Shown piece after piece: positions 50,975 through 61,703 of a DNA stretch of 64,000 nucleotides. The notes beneath the pieces were generated by a model. The model saw only the letters and a list, made by a program, of their open reading frames with translations. It searched no databases and had not been told where the DNA came from. The position numbers were made by a program, and so were the translations under genes. The stretch's first letter is position 1, and each line of letters starts with the position of its first letter. Location of the stretch: contig CAVQKI010000007.1 of the NCBI GenBank assembly GCA_963713145.1, positions 40,435 through 104,434 on the forward strand, written 5' to 3'. Origin of the DNA: an uncultured Thermoplasmata archaeon (GTDB lineage Archaea > Thermoplasmatota > Thermoplasmata > Lutacidiplasmatales > UBA184).

Positions 50975-53427
50975 GTGACCCGAACGCTCGTTGTCGCCGA
51001 GAAGTTCAACACGGCGTTGAGAATCGCCGTGGTCCTGTCCGAGGGGCGCATGAAGCGCTCGCGGACCGCCGGGACCAACGTCTTCGAGTTCGACCGGCCC
51101 GAAGGTCCGTTCGCGGTCGTTGGCCTGCGCGGGCACATCGTGGAGCTCGACTACCCGAAGGAGCTCTCGGAGTGGTCGTTCGCCACCCTGCCGAAACTCC
51201 TCGAGACGACCCCGTTGAAGCGGGTCACGGAGGAAGGGATCGTCGGGACGCTCCAATCGATCGTCCGCGGATTCGACCGGGTCATCATCGCGACCGACTT
51301 CGACCGGGAAGGGGAGCTGATCGGCCAGGAGTGCCTCGAGCTCCTCCTCAAGGTACACCCGTCGATCGGAGTGAAGCGGGCCCGGTACAGCGCGCTCACG
51401 CGCGACGAGATCGAACAGAGCTTCGCGCACCCTGCGGAGATGGACCACGCCCTGGCCGCGGCCGCGGAGGCGCGCCAGGAGATCGACCTCGTATGGGGCG
51501 CGCTCCTCACGCGGTACCTGTCTCTGACCGCCGATCAGCGCGGCCGGGGGTTCCTATCGGTCGGCCGGGTCCAGACGCCGACCCTCGCCCTGCTCGTCGA
51601 GCGGGACCAGGCGATCAAGGAGTTCGTGCCAACGCCGTACTGGGAGATCACCGCCCAGGGCTCGAAAGAAGCGGAGGCGTTCTCATTGCGGCACGCCCGC
51701 GGGATCTGGGAGAAGAAGGAGGAGGCCGAGGTCGTCTTCCGAAAGCTCTCCGGAGTCAAGGAGGGCGTCGTACGCGAGTTCCTGGAAGAGGAGACACGCC
51801 GGCGCCCGCCGATACCGTTCTCTACGACCCTGTTCGTCGCGGAATCGGTGCGCCTTGGGCTCGGCGCGGCGATGGCGATGCGGATCGCGGAGGACCTCTA
51901 CACCCGTGGTCTGATCAGCTACCCGCGTACGGACAACACGGTCTATCCTCGAGGACTAGGGCTGCGCACCCTGGTCGAGAAGTTCAAGGACGGCCCGTTC
52001 AAGGAGGCCGCGGAGTTCGTCCTGACCCAGCCGTCGTTCCGAGCGACACGGGGCCGGTCGGAGACGACAGACCACCCGCCGATCTACCCGACGGGGGTCG
52101 TCGACCCCAAGAAGCTCCGCCCGGACGCTGCGAAGGTCTACGAGCTCGTCGTCCGCCGGTTCCTCGCGACCGTCGCCCCCGATGCGATCGGCCGCAGCCG
52201 CACGGTCGCGGTCGAGGTTCGTGGGGAGCGCTTCGAGGGGAAGGGCCAGAAGATCCTCGACCCGGATGGTACCGGGTCTACCCGTACTCCCAACCCGAGG
52301 AGTCCGCGATGCCCCCGCTGCGCGTGGGCGAGAACGTCGGGATACTATCGGTCGACCTGCGGGAGGACCACACGAAGCCTCCCCGTCGCTACACCCAGGG
52401 CACGCTCATCCAGGAGATGGAGCGGCTCGGGCTGGGCACGAAGAGCACGCGTCATGACGTCCTCCAGAAGCTGTTCGACCGCCACTACGTGAATCAGCGC
52501 CAGCTCGAGCCGACGTCCACCGGCATCGCGGTCACCGAGGCGCTCCGGGCGCACGCGCCCGTGATCACGCGGCCCGAGATGACCCACCGCCTCGAGGAGG
52601 ACATGGAGCTCGTGGCCGAGTCGAAGAAGCCGAAGGAGGAGGTGCTCGCCGAATCGCGCGAGATGCTTCGGGAGGCGTACAGCCTGCTCTCCGCGAACGC
52701 GGCCGGCGTGAAGGAGACCCTCACGGGGGCCCTCGACCGGCAGCATTTCGTCGGCCCCTGCGCGAAGTGCGGCGGAGCGCTCCGGCTCGCCCGGAGCCCG
52801 CGAGGGGCGCGCTGGGTGCAGTGCGTGAACAACCCGGGTTCCTGCACGGCCAACTATTCGTTGCCGTCGGCCGGGTTCATCGAACCCGCCCCCGAGTTCC
52901 TGTGCGGGACCTGCAAGGTCCCCCGGGTGAAGATCACCTTCCGCGGCCAGAGGCCCGACTTCTACTGCATCAATCCGGAGTGCGCGGAGCATCACAAGGC
53001 GTTCCGCATCGGGGTCTGCCCGAATTGTGGCAGCCCGCTCAACATCCGGTACTCGTTCGCGGGGAACCGGTTCGTCGGCTGCTCCGGATACCCCAGCTGC
53101 CGCGTCACCTACCCTCTGCCCCAGCGAGGGAAGCTCGACAAGGACCAGCCTCCCTGCCCCACGTGCCGCGCCCCGGTCGTGACCGCGATCGAGGCGGGCC
53201 GCAGACCGTGGACGCTCTGCATCAACCCGGAGTGCCCGACCCGCGTTAAGGCGAACGAGGCGAAGGCCGCCCGCGCTGAGACGGCAACGAAGAAGAAGCG
53301 GGCCACGGCCGCCAAGGCGCGCCGCGCTGCGGCGCCGAAAGCGCCGGCGAAGACCCGCGCCCGTCGGAAGCCGGTCGCGGCGCCCGCCGCGGAGGCCGCA
53401 CCGGGACCCGAGCCCGCTCCGCCGTGA
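50975..53427 (+). CDS. topA: DNA topoisomerase IA with Zn-ribbon repeats and a Lys/Ala-rich tail (frameshift near 52262)
   Basis: LVVAEK, GH, ATDFDREGE, SVGRVQTPTL, ISYPRTD, HPPIYPT, GLGTKSTR, C4 repeats. Confidence 0.95.
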
Positions 53428-53548
53428 GCGTTCGCGAAACCGGACACGACCGCCGCCCGGACTAAGAGTTCGCCGCCCCGCGTCCGGCGCCCCCGGTGTT
53501 CCTGGACCTCTCGGCCCGCGTTAAATAGCCCGGCTCGGTCATTCCACC

Positions 53549-54272
53549 GTGAAAACCTCTCGACGGTTGCTCGAGCTTGATTCCCGCACCTTCGAGCGTC
53601 GGCTGGCCTCGAACCCGCTCGTGATCCTGCCCGTCGGAGCGCTCGAAGCGCACGGGCCGCATCTGCCGCTCGGCGCTGACCAGATCCAGGCGGAGGCGAC
53701 CGCGTTCGCCCTGGCGGACCGCGTCGACGCGCTCGTTGCCCCTGCCATCGCCTACGGCTCGGCGCCAGGGGCGAGGAGGTTCCCGGGGACCGTGTCGCTC
53801 TCGGTCGGAGACCTCGAGACCCACGTCGAGGGGGTCCTGAGCGAACTGGTCCGGTCCGGAGTGCGGCGGCTCCTCGTCCTTTCCGGCCACGCCGAGCGCG
53901 GACACATGGCCGCCCTGCGCGAAGCGGCCGACCGGACCGTGCGCCAGGAACCGGCCGCGCGCATCGTCGTTCTCTCCGACTACGATTTCGTCTACGAGCT
54001 CAGAGGCAAGGAGTCTCCCCCCAACGACGGCCACGGAGGCCTTCTCGAGACCTCGCGGGTCCTCGCCCTCGCACCCGAGACCGTCGGGTACCGAGCGGCC
54101 CGTGGTCGAGTATCGTCACAGCCCGTTCGTCCCGGGGAGCCCGACACCGGAGGCCTGGCCCGAGAGCGTGATCGGCGACACGAGGCCGGCCTCCGCCGAG
54201 CTGGGCAACCGCGTTCAGGCTTACGTGCTCGACCGGCTCACCGAGACCGTTCGCACGCTCCTGCCCGGGTGA
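53549..54272 (+). CDS. Creatininase / ArfB-type amidohydrolase (frameshift near 54090)
   Basis: LPVGALEAHGPHLPLGAD, FPGTVSL, SGH, DGHGGLLETS. Confidence 0.85.
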
Positions 54273-54283
54273 ACCGCCCGACC

Positions 54284-57128
54284 ATGGCGGAGGCGAGCAG
54301 TGCCATTCGCATCCGCGGCGCGCGCCAGCACAACCTGAAGGACGTATCCCTCGACCTGCCCCGCGGCAAGTTCATCGTCATCACCGGCGTGAGCGGCTCC
54401 GGGAAATCCTCCCTCGCGTTCGACACCCTCTACGCCGAGGGACAGCGGCGGTACATCGAGAGCCTCTCGTCGTACGCCCGTCAGTTCCTCGGCCAGATGG
54501 ACAAGCCGGACGTCGATTCGATCGAAGGACTGTCCCCGGCGATCGCCATCCAGCAGCGGGCCGGAAGCCGCAACCCGCGATCGACGGTGGGCACCGTCAC
54601 CGAGCTGTACGATTACCTTAGGCTACTGTTCGCACGGATCGGGGTTCCGCACTGCCCCAACGACGGGGAGGAGATCGCCCCGCAGTCGGTCGACCGCATC
54701 GTGGACGCGGTCCGGCGCGCTGCGGGCGGGGAGAAGGTCGACGTGATCGCACCCGCCGTTCGGGCGATGAAGGGCGAGCACCGAGAGGTCCTGGACCGGC
54801 TCCGCAAGGCGGGGTACCGACGGTTCATCATCGACGGTGTCGAGATCCGTCTTCCCGGGCGAGAGATCCGCCTCGAGAAGAACAAGAAGCACACGATCGA
54901 GGTCGTGGTCGACACCATCGAGGTCGCCGGAGAGGAGGAGAGCCGGCTCGCCGAGTCGGTCGCGCTCGCTCGCCAGCTCGGGGACGGCCTGGTCATCCTG
55001 CGACGGCCGGGGTCCAAGCGGACGACGTTCTCCAGCCGCCGCGCCTGTCCGCGCTGCGGATTCTCCATAGAAGAGCTGACGCCGCGGATGTTCTCGTTCA
55101 ACAATCCGATGGGCGCGTGCCCGGAGTGCCTCGGGATCGGGGCCACGCTCCACGCCGACCCCGAGCGGATCGTCCCGAACAAGGACAAGCCGCTCGCCCG
55201 CGCGATCTCGGTATGGGGCCTCACGCCGGAACCGAACGCCCTTGAGCGGTTCGGGACGGCGTTCGGCTACGACCCCCGCCGGCCGATCCGGGAGTTGTCG
55301 GAGAAGGGCTGGAAGGCGCTGATGTACGGTTCGGACCGGGGGATCGGTCCGGGGGTGCGAGGGCCGGGCCACTGGTGGGCGACCGGGTGGTTGCGGGAGG
55401 GCCTGGTCGCCGCCGTGGAGCGGCGCTGGAAGGCCACGAAGAGCGAGAGCGCGAAGGAGTACTACCTCGGGTTCATGTCGTTCGTCAAGTGCCGTTCGTG
55501 CAACGGACGTCGCCTCAAGCCCGCGAGCCTCGCGGTGACGGTCGAGGGCAAGTCGATCGCCGACGTGGCCGCGATGACCGTTCTGGACGCCGCCACGATG
55601 TTCCGCGAGATCCGGCTCGTCGACCGTGACGAACAGATCGTCGGGCAGGTCGTGAAGGAGATCCGGGCGCGGCTCGGGTTCCTGGAGAATGTCGGTCTGA
55701 CCTACATCACCCTCGACCGGGGCTCGGGTACCCTCTCGGGGGGCGAAGCGGAGCGCATCGCGCTCGCGACCCAGATCGGCTCGGGCCTGGTCGGCGTTCT
55801 CTACATCCTCGACGAGCCTTCGATCGGTCTCCACCCGCGCGACCACGCCCGGCTCCTGGCGACCCTGAAGACGTTGAGGGACCTCGGCAACACGCTCCTG
55901 GTCGTGGAGCACGACGAGATGACGATGCGCGAGGCGGACTGGCTGATCGACCTCGGGCCCGGCGCCGGGGTCCACGGCGGCGAGGTCCTTTTCTCGGGGC
56001 CGCCGGACACGATCGCGGGCACGCCGCGTTCGCTCACGGGCGACTACCTGTCCGGACGCCGATCGATCCCTGTGCCGGACCAGCGCGCCCCGCCCGCCGG
56101 GCGCTGGCTCACGATTCACGGCCCGCGCGAGCACAATCTGAAGGGGGACGACGTGCGCATCCCGCTCGGCACGCTGGTCGCGCTGTCGGGCGTCTCGGGG
56201 AGCGGCAAGTCGACGATCCTCGAGGAGATCCTCTACAAGGCCGTCCGGCGCCACCTCGGCGTGGGCCGTGACACCCCCGGGCTCCACGACTACATCGAGG
56301 GGATCGATGCCATCGACCGCGTGCTGCTCATCGACCAGTCGGCGATAGGTCGGACCCCCCGGTCGAATCCGGCTACCTACACGGGGATCATGACCCCGGT
56401 CCGGGAACTGTTCTCGGGCCTCCCGGAAGCGAAGGCCCGCGGGTTCGCGCCCGGACGCTTCAGTTTCAACGTCGCGGGCGGGCGATGCGAGGCGTGCGAA
56501 GGGGACGGCGTCCTCCGCTACGAGATGCACTTCCTCCCCGACGTGTGACGTCGTGTGCGAGGAGTGCGGCGGGAAGCGGTTCAATTCCGAGACCCTCGAG
56601 GTCTCGTTCAAGGGAAAGACTATCGCCGACGTTCTGGGCATGACGGTCGAGGAGGCGCTCGGGTTCTTCGAGAACCACCGTCGGATCGCGTCCCGCCTTC
56701 GGCTCCTGAAGGACGTGGGCCTGGGCTACGTCCGCCTCGGGCAGAGCGCGACCACGCTTTCGGGCGGGGAGGCCCAGCGGATCAAGATCGCCTTCGAGCT
56801 GTCGAAGCCGCCCACCGGGAGGACGCTGTTCCTCCTCGACGAACCGACGACCGGGCTCCACTTCGCCGACGTGCAGAAGCTGCTCGAGGTGCTGTTCCGG
56901 CTCCGCGCGGGGGGCAACACCATCGTCGTGATCGAGCACAACATGGACGTGCTGAAGAGCGCGGACTGGCTGATCGACCTCGGACCCGAAGGCGGGAACG
57001 CCGGCGGCCACGTGGTCGTGGCCGGGACCCCCGAGGACGTGGCGAAGTCGCCACGGTCGCACACGGGAAAGTTCCTCTCCGCGCTCCTCCGCCGCACGCT
57101 CGCGACGGCCCCGCGCTCCCGGACATGA
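54284..57128 (+). CDS. uvrA: Excinuclease ABC subunit A (1-nt insertion near 56546)
   Basis: [47 protein letters not shown], second LSGGEAQR. Confidence 0.96.
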
Positions 57129-58840
57129 CGGACCGCCGTCCTCCCGAGCTTCCCGCATTCGTTCCGGCGAGCCAGCTGGCGGCGGAGACCCAGGAGGGAT
57201 TCCGCGCGGGACCCGACCTGCCGGGCGCGTACCTGTTTCGGTCCGCGGCGGGCGAGGTCGTCTACGTCGGGAAGGCCCGGAGCCTGCGACGCCGCGTCCT
57301 CGACCACCTAAGGGCCCGCATCGAGAAGGACGGCTCGATCGTCGCGAGCAGCGCGAGCGTCGAGTTCGTCCCGACAAGGACGGAGCGCGAGGCGCTCCTC
57401 CTCGAGGCGAGCCTGATCAAGCAGTACCAGCCGCCGTACAACGTCCTTCTGAAGGACGACCGGAGCTTCCCCTACCTCGCCGTCACCCTGGACGAGGAGT
57501 TTCCCCGCATCCTCCTCGTCCGCCGGCCTCGTCGCCGCGCCGGTCTGCTCCTGTTCGGGCCGTACACAAGCGTCCGGGAGGCGAGGGGCGTGGAGCGGCT
57601 GCTGGGCGACCTGTTCCGACTCCGACGCTGCGTTCGCCTCCCCAAAGCGGCGTGCCTGGACCACCATCTCGGCGTGTGCAGCGCCCCTTGCATCGGGGCG
57701 ATCGACGCGGACGGGTACCGCAAGGATGTCGACCGGGCGGTCGACATCCTCCGCGGCCAGGTCGCGACCGTCCGACCGACGGTCGAGGAGGAGATGAGAC
57801 GTGCGGCAGCAAAAGAGGAGTTCGAGCGCGCCGCCTTGCTGCGCGATGCCCTGGCCGGGCTGGGTGCGCTGTCGGAGCGCCAGGCGATCGTCGGGCCGGG
57901 CGCGGGCCGGGCGGACGTGGTCGCGCTCGCCTACCCGAACGAGCCGTCCACGCTGCGGGTCGCCGTCGGAGTGGTGCACGTGGAGGACGGCGAGGTACGG
58001 CGAACCGAACCCCACCTGGTGGCGATCCCCGCGGACGACGTCCCCGAACCGGGCGAGGTCCTCCGGCAGTTCCTCACGCAGTACTACGGCGGCCGTCTCG
58101 AGCTGCCCGACCGGATCTACATCGCCGGGCCGCGACCGGCTGGCATCGACTCGACCGTCGACGAGCTGTTCGGCGTGCGGGGGATCGAGGTCCGGTTCCG
58201 GCCGACGGGCCGCTACGCGTCGCTCGCCGGCCTCGCCGAGCGCCTCGCGCACGCCACGGTCGACCAGGTGGTCGCCCGCCCGGCGCCCCGGTCGGTGCTC
58301 GCCGCGCTCCAGTCGCTGCTCGACCTCCCCACGATCCCGAACCGGATCGAGGGAACGGACATCTCCATCCTCCAGGGCTCGGACGCGGTCGGCTCATTGG
58401 TCGTCTTCGAGCGGGGCGCGCCGCGTCGCTCGGAGTACCGGCGATTCCGCATCCGCTCTGTACCCGGGATGAACGACTTCGCGATGATCGCCGAGGTCGT
58501 CCTGCGCCGCTACCGACGGCGCCTCGCGGAGTCGGAGCCGCTCCCCGATCTCCTGGTCGTGGACGGGGGTGCGGGTCAGCTCACCGCGGCCGTTTCGGCC
58601 CTGTCCGCGCTCGGCCTCGCGGACCGCATCCCCACGATCGGGCTCGCGAAGCGGGAGGAGGAGATCTATCGGCCCGACCGCGCCGAGCCGATGCGCCCCA
58701 ACCCGAACGCCCCGCCGATGCTGCTCCTGCGGGCGGTCCGGGACGAGTCCCACCGGTTCGCGGTGACGTACCACCGCACCCGGCGACGGATCCGCCTCCG
58801 CAACGAGTTCGAGGACGCCGCCGAGAGCCTCGGCGCCTAG
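57125..58840 (+). CDS. uvrC: Excinuclease ABC subunit C, lacking the C-terminal HhH domain
   Basis: PGAY...[27 protein letters not shown], Cys cluster, [27 protein letters not shown]. Confidence 0.92.
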   Translation: MTDRRPPELPAFVPASQLAAETQEGFRAGPDLPGAYLFRSAAGEVVYVGKARSLRRRVLDHLRARIEKDGSIVASSASVEFVPTRTEREALLLEASLIKQYQPPYNVLLKDDRSFPYLAVTLDEEFPRILLVRRPRRRAGLLLFGPYTSVREARGVERLLGDLFRLRRCVRLPKAACLDHHLGVCSAPCIGAIDADGYRKDVDRAVDILRGQVATVRPTVEEEMRRAAAKEEFERAALLRDALAGLGALSERQAIVGPGAGRADVVALAYPNEPSTLRVAVGVVHVEDGEVRRTEPHLVAIPADDVPEPGEVLRQFLTQYYGGRLELPDRIYIAGPRPAGIDSTVDELFGVRGIEVRFRPTGRYASLAGLAERLAHATVDQVVARPAPRSVLAALQSLLDLPTIPNRIEGTDISILQGSDAVGSLVVFERGAPRRSEYRRFRIRSVPGMNDFAMIAEVVLRRYRRRLAESEPLPDLLVVDGGAGQLTAAVSALSALGLADRIPTIGLAKREEEIYRPDRAEPMRPNPNAPPMLLLRAVRDESHRFAVTYHRTRRRIRLRNEFEDAAESLGA

Positions 58841-59425
58841 GCACGACTGGGGCTTGCGCGGTCGCCGCGGCGCCATCGAGGCCCGCTTGAGGTCGATCCA
58901 CGTCATGTCAGGAGACCGGCGGTCGTCCTGCCAGAGGGCACCTATGATCTCCCCCAGGTGATGCGCCTCCTCCATGGTCGTCTGGAAGAGAGCGTCCCGC
59001 GCGGTGTAGTGGCCGGGCATCCAGAACACCGAAACCGTCCGGTTGAGGGTCCGCGGAGTGAGACCCCGCACGGTCGCCTCGACGCCCGCCCAGACCTGCT
59101 CCGCGTACTCGTCGAACCCCTTCCAGTCGTGCGGATGGCGGCGAGGCTCCTCGAAGAGAGCTCGGAGCTGGCGTTCGGAGTTTCGTCCGCGGACGATGTA
59201 GACGAGCCAGACCTCCTGAACGTTGAGGATGTGGACCAGGGTATCGAAGAGCGACTCGTGCCCGATCCCACGCCGGCGGGTGGCGGCCTTCCCCGGAAGG
59301 CCCCGGACCCTGCGGGCGAACCGCCCGAAAACGGCCCGGTTGTATTCGAACAGGGCAACCGCGCCGTCCTGCGAAAGCGGGGCCGAGCGCGCCGTGCGTG
59401 TCCGTGGGGCGCGTCGGGTCGTCAT
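58837..59425 (-). CDS. DinB/YfiT-like protein (stop position approximate)
   Basis: FEYN, SLFDTLVHIL..Q..W, EEAHHLGEI His pattern. Confidence 0.78.
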
Positions 59426-59440
59426 CCCGGTTCGGCCCGT

Positions 59441-60199
59441 CTATCGAGACGAGCTCTTCTTGTCCGGGGTGCCGATGAACGGAAGGCCCGAAACGCGGCG
59501 CGCCACCTCGCTCGTGGTGAGGCGGCGCAGCTCCGTCTCCGGTTCGAGGATCGAGGCGTCCAGCGCCTCGGGCGGGAACGGGGTCGGGGAGCCTTCCGCG
59601 ACGGCCTGCACGGCGAACCGGAACGCGGTCTCCTCGGTCGCCTTCTCAGGGAGCTTCTCCTCGAGGAAGTCCGCTACCGCCCGCCGGTTGCGGCCGATCG
59701 CGTAGGCCTTCCAGCCGATGGTCGCGCCGCTGGGGTCGAGCTCGATGAGCCCGGCGTTGCGACCGTTGAACCCTCCGAGGAGGAGCGAGACCGCGAACGG
59801 GCGGGTCCCGCCGAACTGCGTGTACTGCTGGAGGAGCGTGCCGAGCGCATGCCCGAGCACCGAGTACGGCGCGGGCTCCCCGTAGGAGAGGCGGTGGCGC
59901 TGGGCCTCCACCCGGAGGAACTCGACCAGCACCCGCGAGTCCGCGATCAGCCCGGCGGTCACGCACCCGAGCCCGGTATCGATCGCGAAGCTCTTCTCGA
60001 TGGAGCCCGATTCGGCCAAGGAGCTCACCGGGAGGTTGCGGTAGGCAACGAAGACGATCCCGCCCTCGTAGGTGACGGCGACGGCCGTGCCTCCCATCTG
60101 GATCGCCTGCAGGGCGTACTCCACCTGGAACAGTCGTCCGTCGGGCGAGAATACGGTGCTCGCGCGGTCGTAGGCCATCTGGCCCGGCTGCATCTCCAT
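59441..60199 (-). CDS. psmA: Proteasome alpha subunit
   Basis: YDRASTVFSPDGRLFQVEYA, SIEK, GLIADSR, YTQFGGTRPF, DPSG, AIG. Confidence 0.92.
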   Translation of the reverse strand: MEMQPGQMAYDRASTVFSPDGRLFQVEYALQAIQMGGTAVAVTYEGGIVFVAYRNLPVSSLAESGSIEKSFAIDTGLGCVTAGLIADSRVLVEFLRVEAQRHRLSYGEPAPYSVLGHALGTLLQQYTQFGGTRPFAVSLLLGGFNGRNAGLIELDPSGATIGWKAYAIGRNRRAVADFLEEKLPEKATEETAFRFAVQAVAEGSPTPFPPEALDASILEPETELRRLTTSEVARRVSGLPFIGTPDKKSSSR

Positions 60200-60378
60200 C
60201 GGTGTCTTTCCCCCGAGATCGAGGCTTCCGTAACGGGTGGGGCATTTGAGGCTGAGCCTTCGGCCCCCCTCCACCCCACTTGGTGGCGTGGCTCCACCGT
60301 GGTGAAGTGGCGGGGGGCCCCGCGACCGCCCACGGCTCCTCGAAACGCTTAAGCCCGGGGCGAGGGGTCGACTCTCCG

Positions 60379-61521
60379 ATGGTCGTCGGCGAGGCGCTGC
60401 ACCGGCTCCCGATGGCGTCCAGCCACCGAGGTGCGCTCTCCGAGGCCTGCCAGCAGTGCAGCGAGGGCCGCAAGATGGTCCTCTTCGTCACCGGCCTCTG
60501 CCGGTTCCGCTGCTTCTACTGCCCCGTCTCCCCGACGCGCAATCAGCACGATGTCGTCTACGCGAACGAGCGCCGGGTCGAGGTCGACCAGGACGTGATC
60601 GACGAGGCGCGCTCGATCGGGGCTGCCGGCACGGGGATCACCGGCGGCGACCCTCTCGGCGTGGGCGACCGGGTCGAGCATTATGTCCGGCTCCTCAAGG
60701 GGACGTTCGGACCGTCCCACAACATCCATCTCTACACCCACGAGCCGAACGCCGAGAAGCTGCGGACGCTGGCCGCCGCGGGGCTCGACGAGTTCCGGCT
60801 CCACATCCCGCACTACCTCTGGGGACCGCTGGCGGGCGACGGAAGCGCCTACCGCGCCGTCCTGGAGGAAGCACCCAGTTGGGGCGTGCGCCGGGGCGTC
60901 GAGATCCCCGTCCTGCCCGAGAAGGAGCGGGAACTGCGGAGCCTCCTCCGCGCTCTCGACCGGATCGGGGTCGATTTCGTCAACCTGAACGAGCTCGAGT
61001 TCTCGGAGACCAACGAGGAGAAGATGCGCTCGAAAGGGTACCGGGTCGACGCGTGGAACGGCTGGGGGGTCCGAGGTAGCCGGGCGACCGCCGAGCGCCT
61101 GGTCCGCGAGATGCGCCTCTCCATCCCGGTCCACTACTGCTCGTCTCGGTTCAAGGACGGCGTCCAGCTCCGCCAGCGGCTGCTGCGCCGCGCCGAGCGG
61201 ACCGCTCCGGCATTCGCCGAGCGGACGCCCGACGGCACGGTCGTCTACGGCGTGGTCGAGGCACCGGCGGGCGGAGACCTTCCCCGGTGGGCCGCGCGCG
61301 TCGCGCGACGGGTCGGGGCGACCGAGGGCAGCTACCGCCTGGACGTCCCGCGCCGACGGGTGGAGCTCGCGCCGGGAACCCTTCGTCGGGTCGCGCGGCG
61401 ACTGCCCTGGCCGGCGTTCGAGGTCGAGGAGTATCCTACGTCGGACGCGCTCGAGGTCGAGCGGGCTCCCCTCAACGCCTCCAGCCGGCTCCGGCTCGGT
61501 GTCGGGGACGGCGGAACGTAA
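60379..61521 (+). CDS. Uncharacterised archaeal radical SAM protein (COG2108-like)
   Basis: CQQCSEGRKMVLFVTGLCRFRCFYCP, GITGGDP, HLYT, GLDEFR.H, NLNELEFSETN, HYCSS.FKD..Q. Confidence 0.85.
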   Translation: MVVGEALHRLPMASSHRGALSEACQQCSEGRKMVLFVTGLCRFRCFYCPVSPTRNQHDVVYANERRVEVDQDVIDEARSIGAAGTGITGGDPLGVGDRVEHYVRLLKGTFGPSHNIHLYTHEPNAEKLRTLAAAGLDEFRLHIPHYLWGPLAGDGSAYRAVLEEAPSWGVRRGVEIPVLPEKERELRSLLRALDRIGVDFVNLNELEFSETNEEKMRSKGYRVDAWNGWGVRGSRATAERLVREMRLSIPVHYCSSRFKDGVQLRQRLLRRAERTAPAFAERTPDGTVVYGVVEAPAGGDLPRWAARVARRVGATEGSYRLDVPRRRVELAPGTLRRVARRLPWPAFEVEEYPTSDALEVERAPLNASSRLRLGVGDGGT

Positions 61522-61703
61522 CCCTCGTCGCACAGGTGCCCGCCGTACGTCAGGTACCGGACGTCGCCTCGCCGGTTCTTGATCGAGCAGGGGCCCCAGC
61601 CGTCATCCTCCGCGCCGTACCACATCGGGCAGTCCAAGCAGTGGAGAGTCGCCGCACGGGCGGCCTTCGGGCCCCGGGACGGATTGGGGGGTTCGGGCGT
61701 CAC
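61332..61703 (-). CDS. Small Cys/His-rich putative metal-binding protein (C-terminal end uncertain)
   Basis: GTG overlapping the folD stop; HCLDCPMW...GPC...GHLCD. Confidence 0.5.
   Translation of the reverse strand: MTPEPPNPSRGPKAARAATLHCLDCPMWYGAEDDGWGPCSIKNRRGDVRYLTYGGHLCDEGYVPPSPTPSRSRLEALRGARSTSSASDVGYSSTSNAGQGSRRATRRRVPGASSTRRRGTSRR

Noticed and set aside
50624-50975. Integrated element at tRNA-Phe
   Set aside because: No integrase, no duplicated tRNA 3' end seen and no compositional shift in the flanks.
53549-56548. Apparent creatininase-UvrA fusion (999 aa)
   Set aside because: An indel near 54090 shifts the frame; the creatininase has its own TGA at 54270-54272 and uvrA its own ATG at 54284.
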